The position numbers were made by a program, and so were the translations under genes. Source: an uncultured Candidatus Saccharibacteria bacterium (GTDB taxonomy: Bacteria; Patescibacteriota; Minisyncoccia; Phycocordibacterales; Phycocordibacteraceae). From it: 39,866 nt of DNA. Within the stretch, counting starts at the first letter, position 1. Each line of letters opens with the position of its first letter. This document shows, piece by piece, positions 39,741-39,866 of the stretch. Location: positions 3,732 through 43,597 of the forward strand of contig CAYWEI010000003.1 in assembly GCA_964457265.1 (NCBI GenBank), read 5' to 3'. The notes under the pieces are model-generated. The model did no database searches. It saw only the letters and a list, made by a program, of their open reading frames with translations, and had not been told where the DNA came from.

Positions 39741-39866
39741 TACGTTTCTCTAGCGACCGCGGCGGACCCTGTATGTTACTAGTATTCCCTGGGTGCGACG
39801 CGGTTTACTGGCCTCCGATATCGCTCCCATCGATCCCTATCCCGGGCGTCGAAGTCGCCGTAGTCG

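Noticed and set aside
39773-39866. Edge ORFs: plus-strand ATG at 39773 (MLLVFPGCDAVYW...), versus a minus-strand frame entering from the window end and stopping at 39779-39781 (...WERYRRPVNRVAPREY*).
   Set aside because: Both frames are open over only ~90 nt, and neither has recognisable motifs. They cannot be distinguished without sequence beyond the window, so neither was called as a feature.
1-39866. Looked for CRISPR arrays, cas genes, reverse transcriptase/DGR template-variable repeat pairs, toxin-antitoxin pairs, restriction-modification genes, transposases and rRNA genes.
   Set aside because: No ORF has the corresponding motifs (no RT YxDD, no DDE transposase, no methyltransferase other than rsmA). 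No regularly spaced repeat array of 20 nt or more was seen by eye.

Overview
The window is about 40 kb of a compact bacterial chromosome, with GC in the mid-to-high 50s % by eye. It includes the replication-origin gene block at 35.5-39.5 kb: yidC-rnpA-rpmH on the minus strand, divergent from dnaA-dnaN on the plus strand.

The rest is mostly housekeeping:
- hup, rarA, cca, xth, a XerC/D-type recombinase, an SPFH protein, rpsO, a NYN protein, a DksA/TraR-like protein, comM/yifB and rsmA.
- uvrD/pcrA, interrupted by an intein.
- Four minus-strand tRNA genes.
- Secreted cell-wall proteins: two tandem PG-binding/acidic-repeat paralogs, a trypsin-like protease and a LysM-M23 peptidase.

The stand-out is an 11-gene, single-strand block at 23.1-35.5 kb.
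- It is built around a VirB4-type ATPase, a VirB6/TrbL-like polytopic protein, a PrgI/VirB3-like protein and a VirB2/TrbC-like pilin candidate.
- Seven further secreted or membrane proteins match no family I recognise.
- There is no relaxase, coupling protein, VirB11, outer-membrane core or integrase, and the block sits in core chromosome next to the origin.

Non-coding surprises:
1. Two copies of a ~110-nt structured element with a conserved apical loop and compensatory stem changes (19.4 kb and 39.6 kb). One copy has an alternative pairing that can sequester the uvrD ribosome-binding site.
2. tRNA-end fragment repeats and tandem covarying hairpin units around tRNA-Gly(TCC) and tRNA-Pro.
3. 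A local cluster of TTYCACGTGRAA palindromes in and after cca.
4. Many start codons lie 6-11 nt downstream of a -10-like hexamer with no Shine-Dalgarno sequence, which suggests leaderless mRNAs.

The gene content and style suggest a reduced-genome monoderm such as Patescibacteria/CPR. That is inference only. All family calls come from reading motifs by eye, and no searches were run.
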